A stretch of DNA of 64,000 bases from Candidatus Cloacimonadota bacterium (GTDB taxonomy: Bacteria; Cloacimonadota; Cloacimonadia; JGIOTU-2), in contig JBNGBT010000004.1 in assembly GCA_049903315.1 (NCBI GenBank), positions 64,001-128,000 of the forward strand, written 5' to 3'. Below the pieces are notes generated by a model that saw nothing but the letters and a program-made list of their open reading frames with translations, made no database searches and was not told the DNA's origin. Every line of letters starts with the position of its first letter. Positions within the stretch are counted from its first letter, which is position 1. This document shows positions 37,578 through 47,680 of this stretch, one piece after another. The position numbers and the translations under genes are program-made.

Positions 37578-39026
37578 TTACACATCAAAAGTATATTTGA
37601 TATTAAGATTTTTAATAGCATTAGTTTCGTCAAGTCTTGTGACCGGAGTATTTTGCGGAGCATCTTTGAGAAGTTGTGAATTTTCTTCTGCTTCCTTTGC
37701 AATCTTAAGCATTATTTCTGCAAACTCGTCGAGTGTTTCCTTACTTTCTGTTTCAGTTGGTTCGATCATAAGGGCTTCATGCACGATGAGTGGGAAGTAG
37801 ATTGTTGGAGCATGATAACCATAATCAAGAAGACGTTTTGCAATATCGAGTGTCCTGACACCATATTCTTTAAATTTTTCTCCACAGGCGACAAATTCAT
37901 GCATAATATTTTTCTGATAGGGGACTGGATATTCAGAGAGTAATTTTGCCATTAAGTAATTGGAATTTATCACTGCATTTTCTGCAACGCGCTTCAATCC
38001 CTTATCTCCAAGCATTTTCAGATAAATGTATGCGCGAAGCATCACAAGGAAATTGCCAAAATAAGAGTGAACTTTGCCTATGGAGTGTTTCAGATCGTAA
38101 TCAAGATAATATATATCACCTTTTTTTCTTATAATAGGAATAGGTAAGTATTCTACTAATTTTTTACTCACCCCAATACCACCTGCACCGGGACCACCTC
38201 CGCCATGTGGTGTTGAAAAGGTTTTATGCAGGTTGAAATGTACAATGTCGAACCCCATATCTCCGGGACGAATGAATCCAAGCATTGCATTAAGATTGGC
38301 ACCATCCATATACATGAGACCATCAACTGAATGAATGAGGTCTGCAATTTCTTGTACATTGGTTTCAAACACCCCAAGAGTGTTTGGGTTCGTGAGCATG
38401 AAACCAGCCACTTCATCACTAAGCACTTCTTTCAAAGCTTCAATATCGACCTTGCCGTCTTCATTAGATTTGATCTCGACCACTTCCATGCCATGTAAGG
38501 CAGAAGTTGCAGGATTTGTTCCATGAGAGGAGTCCGGCATGATGATCTTCGTGCGATGCTGCCCTTTGTTCTTGTGATAATTGTAAATGATGTTTACACC
38601 AGTAAATTCTCCATGTGCGCCTGCGACCGGTTGAAGAGACACTGCTGGCATTCCTGATATCTCTGCAAGATCCCGCTGAAGCTCATACATAACCTGCAGC
38701 GCACCCTGAATTGTATCTTCCGGTTGCATGGGGTGAATGTCTGTAAAACCACTTATAACATTTACGATGTCGTTTATTTTTGGATTATATTTCATGGTGC
38801 ATGAACCAAGCGGATAGAATCCTTTCTCGATGAAATGATTCTTGTCCGAGAGCTCTATATAGTGACGGACAGTATCCAGTTCGCTGACTTCAGGAACGCG
38901 CGGAGCATCTGCCCGGAGAAGATTTGTTGGAAATATTTCACTCACTTTATTGTTGATTTCGCACGAAGGAAGTGTGTATCCTTTTCGATCTTTTATACTT
39001 TTTTCAAATATTGTTTTTGTTGCCAT
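37578..39026 (-). CDS. gcvPB: Glycine dehydrogenase subunit 2
   Basis: YPLGSCTMKYNP, LQPVAGAHGE, HGTNPA, DGANLNA, HFNLHKTFSTPHGGGGPG, MIEPTETE. Confidence 0.95.
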   Translation of the reverse strand: MATKTIFEKSIKDRKGYTLPSCEINNKVSEIFPTNLLRADAPRVPEVSELDTVRHYIELSDKNHFIEKGFYPLGSCTMKYNPKINDIVNVISGFTDIHPMQPEDTIQGALQVMYELQRDLAEISGMPAVSLQPVAGAHGEFTGVNIIYNYHKNKGQHRTKIIMPDSSHGTNPATSALHGMEVVEIKSNEDGKVDIEALKEVLSDEVAGFMLTNPNTLGVFETNVQEIADLIHSVDGLMYMDGANLNAMLGFIRPGDMGFDIVHFNLHKTFSTPHGGGGPGAGGIGVSKKLVEYLPIPIIRKKGDIYYLDYDLKHSIGKVHSYFGNFLVMLRAYIYLKMLGDKGLKRVAENAVINSNYLMAKLLSEYPVPYQKNIMHEFVACGEKFKEYGVRTLDIAKRLLDYGYHAPTIYFPLIVHEALMIEPTETESKETLDEFAEIMLKIAKEAEENSQLLKDAPQNTPVTRLDETNAIKNLNIKYTFDV

Positions 39027-39027
39027 G

Positions 39028-40374
39028 TTACACCGCCTTCACTAATTTTTCAAGTTCATCGACAAAAGCATCAAGCTCCTGCTTTGTCCGTTTCTCGGTA
39101 ACTGCGAGTAACAATTGATTCTCATAGCCATATTGAGAGATATCAACGCCTGCAAAATATCCCTTATGCTTCATATTAGAAATTATTTCTGATGGCGGGA
39201 TTGGTGTCTTTACAGCAAATTCTTTGAAAAATGGTGATGTATTTGCAGATTTGAATCCATCTATCTTGCAGATCTTATCGTGCAGATAATGAGCTTTGAT
39301 AGTTGATTGCTCTGCCACTTCACGCAGTCCCTGCTTACCCATCAGTACCATATATATAGTTGCTGCGAGCGCACAGAGTGATTCATTTGTGCAGATATTA
39401 GAGGTGGCTTTATCCCTTCTGATGTGTTGTTCGCGTGCCTGTAATGTCAGCACATAGCCCTTTTGTCCATTTGTATCAACTGTCGCTCCAACAATCCTTC
39501 CAGGCATTTTCCTTATAAGTTTTTGATTTACTGCGAAAAATCCGAAAAGCGGTCCTCCAAGATTCTGTTTGCTTCCAAGAACCTGTCCTTCACCCACAAC
39601 AATATCAACACTATATTTCCCCGGTGGATTGAAAAGCATCAAGGATATCGGATCAGTGGAAACGATGAAAAGTGCCTTCTTATGTTCATGAATAATTGGC
39701 TCGAGGGCTTCAAGGTCTTCAACCACACCTAAAAAATTCGGTGAAGGAATAAGTACCGCAGATACATCTTCGGACATCTCTTCCTGAAGTTTCTTCATAT
39801 CGATTCTGCCATTATTCTGTGGGATGTAAACGATCTCAGGGTTAAGAGGATTAATATATGTTTCTATAACCTGCTTATAATGAGGGTGTACTAAGCTTGA
39901 GATGATAATTTTTTTATTTTTATTATGACGAAGTGCAAGTAAGAGTGCTTCTGCACAGGCAGTTGCGCCGTCATACATCGATGCATTGGACGCATCCATG
40001 CCTGTCAATTCGCAGATCAAAGTCTGGTATTCATAGATGAATTGTAATGTTCCCTGGCTGACTTCTGCCTGGTACGGAGTATAAGCGGAATAAAACTCAG
40101 GACGACCTGTAACATACCCAACAGCAGCAGGAATGAAATGATCATAAATGCCTGCACCGAGGAATGATACAGCCTCTGAAGTGTTTATATTCTGTGCTGC
40201 CAGTTCGCGAACTTTTTTTGTGATTTCAAATTCAGAAAGCGGTTCATCAAGCTTAAGAGGATTTCTGATCAAAAGTTCTTCTGGAATACCCTTCAGCAAT
40301 TCTTCAAAAGAAGCGACACCGATTTTCTCAAGCATCTGTCTTCGTTGTTCATCAGTATTGGAAATAAATGGCAT
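39028..40374 (-). CDS. gcvPA: Glycine dehydrogenase subunit 1
   Basis: FLGAG.YDH, YTPYQAEVSQG, NASMYDGATA, PGRIVG, REQHIRRDKATSNICTN. Confidence 0.95.
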   Translation of the reverse strand: MPFISNTDEQRRQMLEKIGVASFEELLKGIPEELLIRNPLKLDEPLSEFEITKKVRELAAQNINTSEAVSFLGAGIYDHFIPAAVGYVTGRPEFYSAYTPYQAEVSQGTLQFIYEYQTLICELTGMDASNASMYDGATACAEALLLALRHNKNKKIIISSLVHPHYKQVIETYINPLNPEIVYIPQNNGRIDMKKLQEEMSEDVSAVLIPSPNFLGVVEDLEALEPIIHEHKKALFIVSTDPISLMLFNPPGKYSVDIVVGEGQVLGSKQNLGGPLFGFFAVNQKLIRKMPGRIVGATVDTNGQKGYVLTLQAREQHIRRDKATSNICTNESLCALAATIYMVLMGKQGLREVAEQSTIKAHYLHDKICKIDGFKSANTSPFFKEFAVKTPIPPSEIISNMKHKGYFAGVDISQYGYENQLLLAVTEKRTKQELDAFVDELEKLVKAV

Positions 40375-40733
40375 GAATACTCCTTGTATAAATAAACAAT
40401 ATCAAAATTATTTGAATTTGTGAAAATTTTAACAGTGAAGACCGAGTGTCAAATTTTATTCGATTATCCTGTATCGTGACAAATTCTCATTGAGATGAAA
40501 ATGCTAATTGAAAAATAATTTACTACTTGAAACTGAATTTTATCTGGATTATTTTGTCATTAATATAGATTTGATAAATATGCAAAAAAAAACGATGTGA
40601 AATTTATCATAAAGTAATTGAATTTGGTATAAAAAAATTGTGTAGTACACACTACCCAAAATAATTTTGTGGACAAGTGAATGCACAAAATAAATATGTA
40701 GCCCTGCTTCTAATAAAATAGTGGAGAAAAAGA

Positions 40734-42188
40734 ATGAAAAAACTAATGATTTTTGTTTCAATGTGTATGTTAATAGGGTTTGCTTTTGCTGAACTGACTG
40801 CAGACGTTTCAGAAGAAATGAACAGGCTGCAGATCTACACTGAAGAGTTTCCTCCGTTAAATTTGATGATGGATGGTCAATTAACAGGTCAAGCAACCGA
40901 GGTCATTCAAGAGATTTTAAAGAGAATGGGAGTCAATAAGAAAATTACTCTTCTCCTATGGTCTGATGCATATCAAAAGCTCACGAATGAGTCCAATATC
41001 GCGTTATTTTCCACCTGTCTGACTTCCGCGAGGAAAGATCTTTTCAAGTGGGTTGGACCTGTGAGTTCTGTCGAGAACTATTTCTATACTTCAAAGGATT
41101 GCACTCTGAATTTAAACACACTCGATGATGCGAAGAAAGTGCTTAAAATAGCAGTTTTGAAAGATTATGCAATTTCGGGAATTCTGAAAGAGAAAGGATT
41201 TACAAATCTCGTTGAGTACAACACTATTCAGGAAATTTTTACAGAGTTACTGAATGGAAAAGTGAATCTTTTCCCTTGTTCCAACCTGGTTCTGAACAGT
41301 GAAATAAAGAAACTCGGAATTGATCCGGGTGAATTTAAAAAAGCACTCTTCATAACTTCGGAACTCGAATACATTGCTTTTTCACAATCTACATCTGATG
41401 AGCTGATACAGACATGGCAGAATCACCTTAATGATATGAAAAATGATGGAACTTTTGATAAGATATTCAAAAAATGGCTTCCTGATGAAATACCTCCTGG
41501 AATACTTCAAATATATACTGAGGATTATCCTCCACTCACATTCCAGGAAAATGGGAAAATTACCGGTTTTGGAACTGAAGTTGTGCGTGAAATTCTTACA
41601 AGACTAGATATTCCCGATAATATCCGTATTTCTTCCTGGGAGAATGGATATCACCTGTGCCTTATTAATCCAAATTTTATTCTTTTCACAATGAAAAGGA
41701 CTCCACTCCGCGAGAAGCTATTTAACTGGGTTGGTCCAATCGGCTCGAATCATACGATCTTCTATGCGAAAAAGGGTTCGAAAATAAAGATCAGCAGCAT
41801 GGAAGACGCAAAAAAAGTCGGGAAAATAGCCACATGCTCTGCTTGGTTTTCCGAGCAGGACCTCAAAGATGCTGGCTTTAAAAACCTTGTGAGTTCGCCA
41901 AATCCAACTGAAAATGTCCGCCAGTTGGTAGAAGGAGAAGTTGAGCTTTCTATATTTACTGACATTACAATTCCCGCTATTGCAAAGCAGGCAGGATACT
42001 CTATAGATGATCTCGAACCAGTTTATACAGTGAGCACAGGGGATTTCTATATCGCTATTTCTCAGGGAACACCGGAAAATGTTATTGATGAATGGCAGCA
42101 GGTTTTTTATGAGATCTATGATGATGGAACTCTGGAAAAACTCTATCAAGAATGGCTTCCAGGGAGTACACTTCCCAAAATAGAATAA
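40734..42188 (+). CDS. Secreted protein with two tandem family-3 (amino-acid-type) solute-binding domains
   Basis: Signal peptide; duplicated LQIYTE(E/D)(F/Y)PPL..G..TG..TEV..EIL..F.WVGP..YIA.S..DGT..K....WLP. Confidence 0.85.
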   Translation: MKKLMIFVSMCMLIGFAFAELTADVSEEMNRLQIYTEEFPPLNLMMDGQLTGQATEVIQEILKRMGVNKKITLLLWSDAYQKLTNESNIALFSTCLTSARKDLFKWVGPVSSVENYFYTSKDCTLNLNTLDDAKKVLKIAVLKDYAISGILKEKGFTNLVEYNTIQEIFTELLNGKVNLFPCSNLVLNSEIKKLGIDPGEFKKALFITSELEYIAFSQSTSDELIQTWQNHLNDMKNDGTFDKIFKKWLPDEIPPGILQIYTEDYPPLTFQENGKITGFGTEVVREILTRLDIPDNIRISSWENGYHLCLINPNFILFTMKRTPLREKLFNWVGPIGSNHTIFYAKKGSKIKISSMEDAKKVGKIATCSAWFSEQDLKDAGFKNLVSSPNPTENVRQLVEGEVELSIFTDITIPAIAKQAGYSIDDLEPVYTVSTGDFYIAISQGTPENVIDEWQQVFYEIYDDGTLEKLYQEWLPGSTLPKIE

Positions 42189-42214
42189 CAATAATTTCTA
42201 AAAATATTTATATT

Positions 42215-42244
42215 AGGGATGCACGAAAGTGTGTCCCTTTTTTT
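42215..42244 (+). terminator. Rho-independent terminator
   Basis: agggatgcac-gaaa-gtgtgtccct plus a T run. Confidence 0.85.
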
Positions 42245-42279
42245 CTGAATTATTTGACAACTCTTTTTAAAAGTAAAAA

Positions 42280-42293
42280 ACTTACCGGTAAGT
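42280..42293. promoter_or_regulatory. Candidate TetR operator
   Basis: Perfect 14-bp palindrome acttaccggtaagt between TTGACA (42254) and the tetR RBS. Confidence 0.6.
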
Positions 42294-42303
42294 AAGGAGC
42301 ATA

Positions 42304-42909
42304 ATGAAAACAAAAAAAATCATTGTCCAAACTGCACTTAAACTTTTTCTTGCAAAGGGTTTCAATGAAACTTCGATGAACGAAATCGCCCGAGAAGTGG
42401 GTATTTCAAAACCTGCTGTTTATCATCACTTTAAAAATAAAGAAGTTCTGGTACAAGCTATCTTTGATTATTTCTCTGCAAAAATGGCTGTATGGTCACA
42501 GGAATATTTTGCAGATTGCACCGACGAACAAAAAGTCCATAAGTTGTTTTCTTCGACACCCACCTTCATGCATATCGAAAAGGTAATGCTCGACGATGCT
42601 TCTGCGGAATTGCCCTATAGCTACAATATGTTCATGCTGCTTATGAGCCGAATGGATCCAGCATATAAAACTCGAATTTCAGAAGATCTCCTGCTGACAC
42701 AGAGAAAAATGACAGCTTCTTTTGCACATCTTCAACAAGAACAGTCTGTACGGGATGATATTGATCCTGCAATACTCTCTCTCTTGTTGCATACTATTCT
42801 AGAAGGACTCTCATTTCTCGGGGAACTCATCGAAAATATTAATGTTCAAGCTGAATCTGAAAATTTATATCAAGCATTCTGGAAAATGATAAAAAAGGAA
42901 AACCAATAA
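42304..42909 (+). CDS. TetR/AcrR family transcriptional regulator
   Basis: ALKLF..KGFNETSMNEIAREVGISKPAVYHHFKNKE. Confidence 0.92.
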   Translation: MKTKKIIVQTALKLFLAKGFNETSMNEIAREVGISKPAVYHHFKNKEVLVQAIFDYFSAKMAVWSQEYFADCTDEQKVHKLFSSTPTFMHIEKVMLDDASAELPYSYNMFMLLMSRMDPAYKTRISEDLLLTQRKMTASFAHLQQEQSVRDDIDPAILSLLLHTILEGLSFLGELIENINVQAESENLYQAFWKMIKKENQ

Positions 42910-42923
42910 TACAAGGAGTTTAC

Positions 42924-44150
42924 ATGTACAAGAGAAAATACTGTATACATGTTTTTTTTGCGATCTTTATCTTTATCTTTATCTTTATCTGTGGGGGGCT
43001 TTATGCACAGATTGAGTTTATCGAGCAGCTTAGAGGTGGTTTGCCGGAACCGATAACAAAAGTAGTGTATCCCTTCCACCTGACCCGTTCACATATAATT
43101 GAAGTCCCTGTGACAATTAATGATCTTGACCAGGATCTTACTTTTGTCTTTGATACCTGTGGCAATACGATGATTGGTTGGGATATGGCTGAAAAACTTG
43201 GTCTTGCAATCGATTCGATGGCAACACCTATGCAGACAATGTATCTGAGTAAGACAGAAAAAATCACTGCATGCGATCTCACAGTGAAAGATTTCAATAT
43301 GACGGTGATGGACTTTAAAAAGACCTTCGAGCTGGGTAATGATGAACTGGAAGGGATGATCGGACCGGAGTTCATACGCTTTTATCGTACAACTATTGAT
43401 TATCAAAATAACGAACTTATTTTTGAGAATAACGATATCCCACTTGAAGCGGAAACGTCAAAGCAGCATCTTATTGATATGGAGATAATGATGCCGTACC
43501 ATCCGACTGTGCAGATGCAGATCGGAGATTATTTCCCGATCATGGGAAGGATTGATACAGGACTGAATTATGGGATTGTTCTTCCAATCGCATTTATAGA
43601 AAATCTTCCTGAAGAGGAACAGGGAAAACTCGTTTCATGCAAAGGATATTTCGCGCGCTGGCCATTTGTCGATTCCCATGAAAATTATCTCTACAAATGT
43701 CGGGAATTCAGAATAGGAGATATGATATTTAAAGATGTGGGCGTTATCTTTGCAAATTTTCCGTTCAATAATTCAGCACTTCTTGGAAAGGATTTTCTTG
43801 AACAGTATGTGACCACACTCGATTTCCCAAACAGAAAAGTGCTTCTATCTGAGATTGAGGAATCATCAAAAGATATTCTCTTTTCAACAGGAATAAATGT
43901 GCGTAAATTAGATGACGGTACTTTCAAAATCGTCGGTATTTGGGAAGGTTCACCAGCAGACAAATCTGGTATCGAGCTGGATGATATTATTCATAATATA
44001 AATGGTGCGGCTGCTGATGAGATAGAATCGGGAGAGCTCTACCTCATGAGGTTTGAAAAAAATGTAAAAGAATTGACGTTGAAATTACAGAAACCAGGCA
44101 GTGAAGAGGTGAAAGAAATTGTGTTGAAAAAAGAATTGTTAATAGAATAA
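42924..44150 (+). CDS. Secreted double retropepsin-like aspartyl protease with C-terminal PDZ domain
   Basis: FVFDTCG..GMIG and RIDTG..LLGKDFL lobes; GSPADKSGI..DDII.NING PDZ. Confidence 0.8.
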   Translation: MYKRKYCIHVFFAIFIFIFIFICGGLYAQIEFIEQLRGGLPEPITKVVYPFHLTRSHIIEVPVTINDLDQDLTFVFDTCGNTMIGWDMAEKLGLAIDSMATPMQTMYLSKTEKITACDLTVKDFNMTVMDFKKTFELGNDELEGMIGPEFIRFYRTTIDYQNNELIFENNDIPLEAETSKQHLIDMEIMMPYHPTVQMQIGDYFPIMGRIDTGLNYGIVLPIAFIENLPEEEQGKLVSCKGYFARWPFVDSHENYLYKCREFRIGDMIFKDVGVIFANFPFNNSALLGKDFLEQYVTTLDFPNRKVLLSEIEESSKDILFSTGINVRKLDDGTFKIVGIWEGSPADKSGIELDDIIHNINGAAADEIESGELYLMRFEKNVKELTLKLQKPGSEEVKEIVLKKELLIE

Positions 44151-44184
44151 TTTATCAGGTTATGGAATATGAATAACAGATGAG

Positions 44185-44208
44185 GGGCTGATCGCGATCA
44201 GCCCTTTT
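44185..44208. repeat. Perfect 20-bp palindrome (REP-like or terminator)
   Basis: gggctgatcgcgatcagccc followed by tttt. Confidence 0.65.
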
Positions 44209-44287
44209 ACATACCAAATCAATAAAAATTGACATACCAGACACAAGATTAATAAAAAAAATAAGAATTAATGCAAAGGGCAACAAC

Positions 44288-44992
44288 ATGGATGAAAAAG
44301 CATTTGCTGCATTTTTAAAAAAGAAAGGGAAAAAAGCCGATGTGGTCGAGAGAAATATACGAACAGTCAATAATGTCGCTGATTTCATGAAAAGGGAATT
44401 TCATAAACAATTTGAAGATATTTCACCCGATGATATCAAACAATACGTTTCAGCACTCGAAGCACAAAAGAAATCTCCCAAAGGACCACTCTACGTACTT
44501 ATGAATTATTTCAAATTCACTGATGACAAGGAATTACTGAAATGCGCAGCCTCTCTTCGTCAAACACGCACTAAAAAATCGAGGAGTGTGTTCTTACTTA
44601 AAAATTTCATGGATGTAAACCAGGAGTGTGTCCAAGCATTAGCAAACGCAGGTATAAAGAATGTCGATGACATGCTGAAAGCCGGAAATACGAAGATAAA
44701 AAGAAAGAAGCTATCCCGGAAACTCAATATTCCTGAGGATGCTATCCTCGAACTGGTAAAACTTTCAGATATAACACGGCTGGGATATGTAAAAACTAAG
44801 CTGACCCGTCTCTATTACAATGCAGGACTTGATTCACCGGAAAAAATTGCAATATTTGAACCAGATGAGTTGCACGAATTCTTTGTGAAATTCGTAAAAG
44901 AATCCCGCTGGGAAGGCATGGTGCCGAATCCAAAGGATTTGGTTGGAAATATAGCCAGTGCCCGAACATTGAAGAAGGTTGTTGAAGAATAG
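44288..44992 (+). CDS. DUF4332-domain protein
   Basis: LANAGI..VDDML...R.KLS..L.I....ILELVKLSD.TRL..V...TRLYYNAGLDS. Confidence 0.7.
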   Translation: MDEKAFAAFLKKKGKKADVVERNIRTVNNVADFMKREFHKQFEDISPDDIKQYVSALEAQKKSPKGPLYVLMNYFKFTDDKELLKCAASLRQTRTKKSRSVFLLKNFMDVNQECVQALANAGIKNVDDMLKAGNTKIKRKKLSRKLNIPEDAILELVKLSDITRLGYVKTKLTRLYYNAGLDSPEKIAIFEPDELHEFFVKFVKESRWEGMVPNPKDLVGNIASARTLKKVVEE

Positions 44993-45029
44993 GATGAAAA
45001 TTTGAGTGTAATGATAAGGAATTGATCGT

Positions 45030-45572
45030 ATGACAGAAAAGTACAAACATTGGTCAAAAAGCAATATTATATGGAGTACACTTCTCACGATCCTATGTAT
45101 TACCTGTTTTCCGTTCAACCTGCTTGTTATATTCGGGATCATCAAACCTGGTCATAATAATTTTGCCTATTGGATCGGATGGGTGATTTGGTTGGTTGGC
45201 ATGATTCTGATCATCTCGCCAATGATCTTGTTCCCGCGGCGGGGCGGTGTTCCCAGAGGAAAGGCATTTGTGCATACAACGAGTCTTGTTACAACAGGAA
45301 TCTATCATATTGTCAGGCATCCGCAATATCTGGGCGGTATTCTGGCAGTTTTTATTACAACTTTGCTCTGGTATCCGCATTGGGTGTTCGCAGTACTTGG
45401 TGTTATCGGGACTGCTGTTGTCTATGTGGGCAGCAGGGAGGAAGATCAAAGGCTTTTGCAAAAATTTGGTGAAGACTACAAGGTATATAAACAAAAAGTG
45501 CCGGGAATGAATATTTTGTTGGGTTTTATACGTTATAATAAACGCAGAAAAGAAAGGATCAAATATGAATAA
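45030..45572 (+). CDS. Isoprenylcysteine carboxylmethyltransferase / PEMT family membrane protein
   Basis: LVTTGIYHIVRHPQYLG, EEDQRLLQKFGEDYKVYKQKVP. Confidence 0.85.
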   Translation: MTEKYKHWSKSNIIWSTLLTILCITCFPFNLLVIFGIIKPGHNNFAYWIGWVIWLVGMILIISPMILFPRRGGVPRGKAFVHTTSLVTTGIYHIVRHPQYLGGILAVFITTLLWYPHWVFAVLGVIGTAVVYVGSREEDQRLLQKFGEDYKVYKQKVPGMNILLGFIRYNKRRKERIKYE

Positions 45573-45819
45573 TGTACTCCTTCTTATTATAGTTTTAGTG
45601 TTATGCGTGATACTAATATTTATCTTTTTTTACATGTTGTGGCGGAATAAAAGTGCATGGGGAGTTAATCCAAAACGAATTACCTGTCCCCATTGTAATA
45701 AGCCATTACCATTTGTTCGTAAACCGAAAAACTTCAGGCAGGCATTGTGGGGTGGGAGTACATGCCCGAATTGCGGAACAGAAGTGGATAAATGGGGAAG
45801 AGAGATAGATAAATCATAA
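45565..45819 (+). CDS. Small membrane protein with zinc ribbon
   Basis: N-terminal TM; CPHC...CPNC; RQALWGG..C..CG.EVDKWGR. Confidence 0.75.
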   Translation: MNNVLLLIIVLVLCVILIFIFFYMLWRNKSAWGVNPKRITCPHCNKPLPFVRKPKNFRQALWGGSTCPNCGTEVDKWGREIDKS

Positions 45820-45878
45820 ATAACTCGATGTACTCTAAAATTCTTGTGTATCAATTGCATAATAAATGAGTAAAAGGT

Positions 45879-45966
45879 GTAGAGACGGGTTTATCCCGTC
45901 GGTTATTATTTTCTGCAGGATGAACCCGCACCTATCCCCAATAATTTGTTAAATATCCCGCACCTA
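45879..45966. repeat. GTAG-type REP-like elements (inverted pair plus a partial copy)
   Basis: gtagagacggg-tttat-cccgtc; inverted partner gcaggatgaacccgcaccta; partial atcccgcaccta near 45955. Confidence 0.6.
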
Positions 45967-46084
45967 AATTTTACTTGGGTGTGCTTTTAGTGTGAATATT
46001 TTGGTTAATTTTCATATAAGATATTTTCTATTTGACAGTTTGCAATCCCATTTGTTATTTGTCATAAAAAAAGGGTAAAATACT

Positions 46085-47680
46085 ATGAAAAAACATCCAA
46101 CCATTAAAGTGATATTCATTATCATGATTATTATTATTGTCGCTGCGATAGTGATCTTAACTATAAATTTCAATCCACCAACCAATAAAAATCTTACACA
46201 GAATACAGCGATCATGATAGACAGAGTTAAGGCATCGCTCGTTCCTTTGGTGAAGAGATATCCCGTTCGATATGATCTTCTGGCTGGTATTGCAGAAAAA
46301 GGTTTGGACAATATTCAAAATTATGCGTTGCCAAATTTTTTGGCACAGGATTATTTCAAAGGATATTCTGATATGAACACCTATCAATCCCTCAAATTTC
46401 CGCAAGATCACAAAGCACAACTCGATTTTCAATTTGGATGGTATTTTTGGTCAGGAAATTTCTTCGATGAAAACAATAATTTAGTTGATGTAGTAATAGT
46501 GTTTTTCAGACGAGCGTTATATCCACCGCCAATTGCATCTGAATTGGGATTATCCGATATTGAAAATCAGCTTGTGCAAACTGTTGTTGCGGTAAATTTT
46601 GCTGATAAAAATCTGCATATCACAGGCAGCAATCCCATTATTTCCGGAACGAGCGGAGAAATTGTGTATGAAATAGAACCTTTCTTAGCCCGGGTAGGCG
46701 AGAATCGAGCGCAGAGTCTGCAAAAAGATAAGATGTTCCCGATGAAAATTACTATTAATGATCCGGATAAAGAATTGAGAATTGACCTCGATCTTAAAGA
46801 AAGTAAACCCATCTTGCTTCAGGGTGATGAAGGCAAAGTACCTTCAATTTTCGGCTTGGGAACGTGGTATTATTCTTATCCCAATATCAAAACAACAGGT
46901 TCAGTCACGTATCAGGGAGAAACCAGAAATCTTAAAGGAAAAATGTGGATGGATCACCAATGGATGTCAGGAATCGCGCCAACAGGTTATCCGAAAAACA
47001 TTGCGGTGCAGGCACTTGCCACGATTATTAGTGGTTTTAATGGGAAAACTCCTCAATCATTTGGCTGGGATTGGTCTGATGTCCAGTTTGATGATAATAC
47101 TGAAGTCACTTTTGCTAGTCCCCATTCGGATAGAACAGAGGAATTGCAAAACATGGGAGAAAATCCTCCAGCAGATGTTACCCGTGTAGTGTCCGGAAAA
47201 TATATCGATGAGAACGGAAACAGTGAAGTAATAACAGGATCCGTTACGATCAACAAATGGATGCGTAGTCCCAGGTCTCATGCCTGGTATCCCAACGGCT
47301 GGGAAGTGAAATTTCCTGACAAGAACCTGGAATTCACCATGACATCGACTGTTGATGACCAGTTTATATATTCTGTTGCAAGTGAAATTCGTGAAGGCGG
47401 AACTATCGTGAAGGGCACGAAGGACGGAAAAGAAATATCCGGGTATGGATTTGGCGAAGGTGTTAATTATTCAGGGTATGATTTTCCCTTAAAAGAAAAT
47501 ATGGTTTTACTCGGCATTGAAGATAATGCTGCAAATCGCGCATTGCTCCAGGCAAGTCCTCCCGACACATGGTTGGTGATCCAGAGTATAATAGTTTTAG
47601 CTGCCTTTGTTGCATTGTTTATTTCCATTATTCTTATAATAATTATTCTAATAAAGAAGAGACATATTCAAAAAGCATAA
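46085..47680 (+). CDS. Membrane-anchored CrtC/AttH lipocalin-like hydratase-family protein
   Basis: FPQDH, GWYFWSGN, WYYSYP, WMDHQW, GWDW, YPNGW; N- and C-terminal TM helices. Confidence 0.75.
   Translation: MKKHPTIKVIFIIMIIIIVAAIVILTINFNPPTNKNLTQNTAIMIDRVKASLVPLVKRYPVRYDLLAGIAEKGLDNIQNYALPNFLAQDYFKGYSDMNTYQSLKFPQDHKAQLDFQFGWYFWSGNFFDENNNLVDVVIVFFRRALYPPPIASELGLSDIENQLVQTVVAVNFADKNLHITGSNPIISGTSGEIVYEIEPFLARVGENRAQSLQKDKMFPMKITINDPDKELRIDLDLKESKPILLQGDEGKVPSIFGLGTWYYSYPNIKTTGSVTYQGETRNLKGKMWMDHQWMSGIAPTGYPKNIAVQALATIISGFNGKTPQSFGWDWSDVQFDDNTEVTFASPHSDRTEELQNMGENPPADVTRVVSGKYIDENGNSEVITGSVTINKWMRSPRSHAWYPNGWEVKFPDKNLEFTMTSTVDDQFIYSVASEIREGGTIVKGTKDGKEISGYGFGEGVNYSGYDFPLKENMVLLGIEDNAANRALLQASPPDTWLVIQSIIVLAAFVALFISIILIIIILIKKRHIQKA

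Noticed and set aside
40375..40733. Possible glycine riboswitch or replication origin upstream of gcvPA (tgtggacaa DnaA-box-like, AT-rich)
   Set aside because: No glycine aptamer motifs; only one imperfect box and no dnaA/dnaN context.
42304..47680. Co-oriented accessory genes with palindromes, suggesting an integron cassette array
   Set aside because: No RYYYAAC...GTTRRRY attC pairs, no integrase, and several genes have their own TTGACA promoters.
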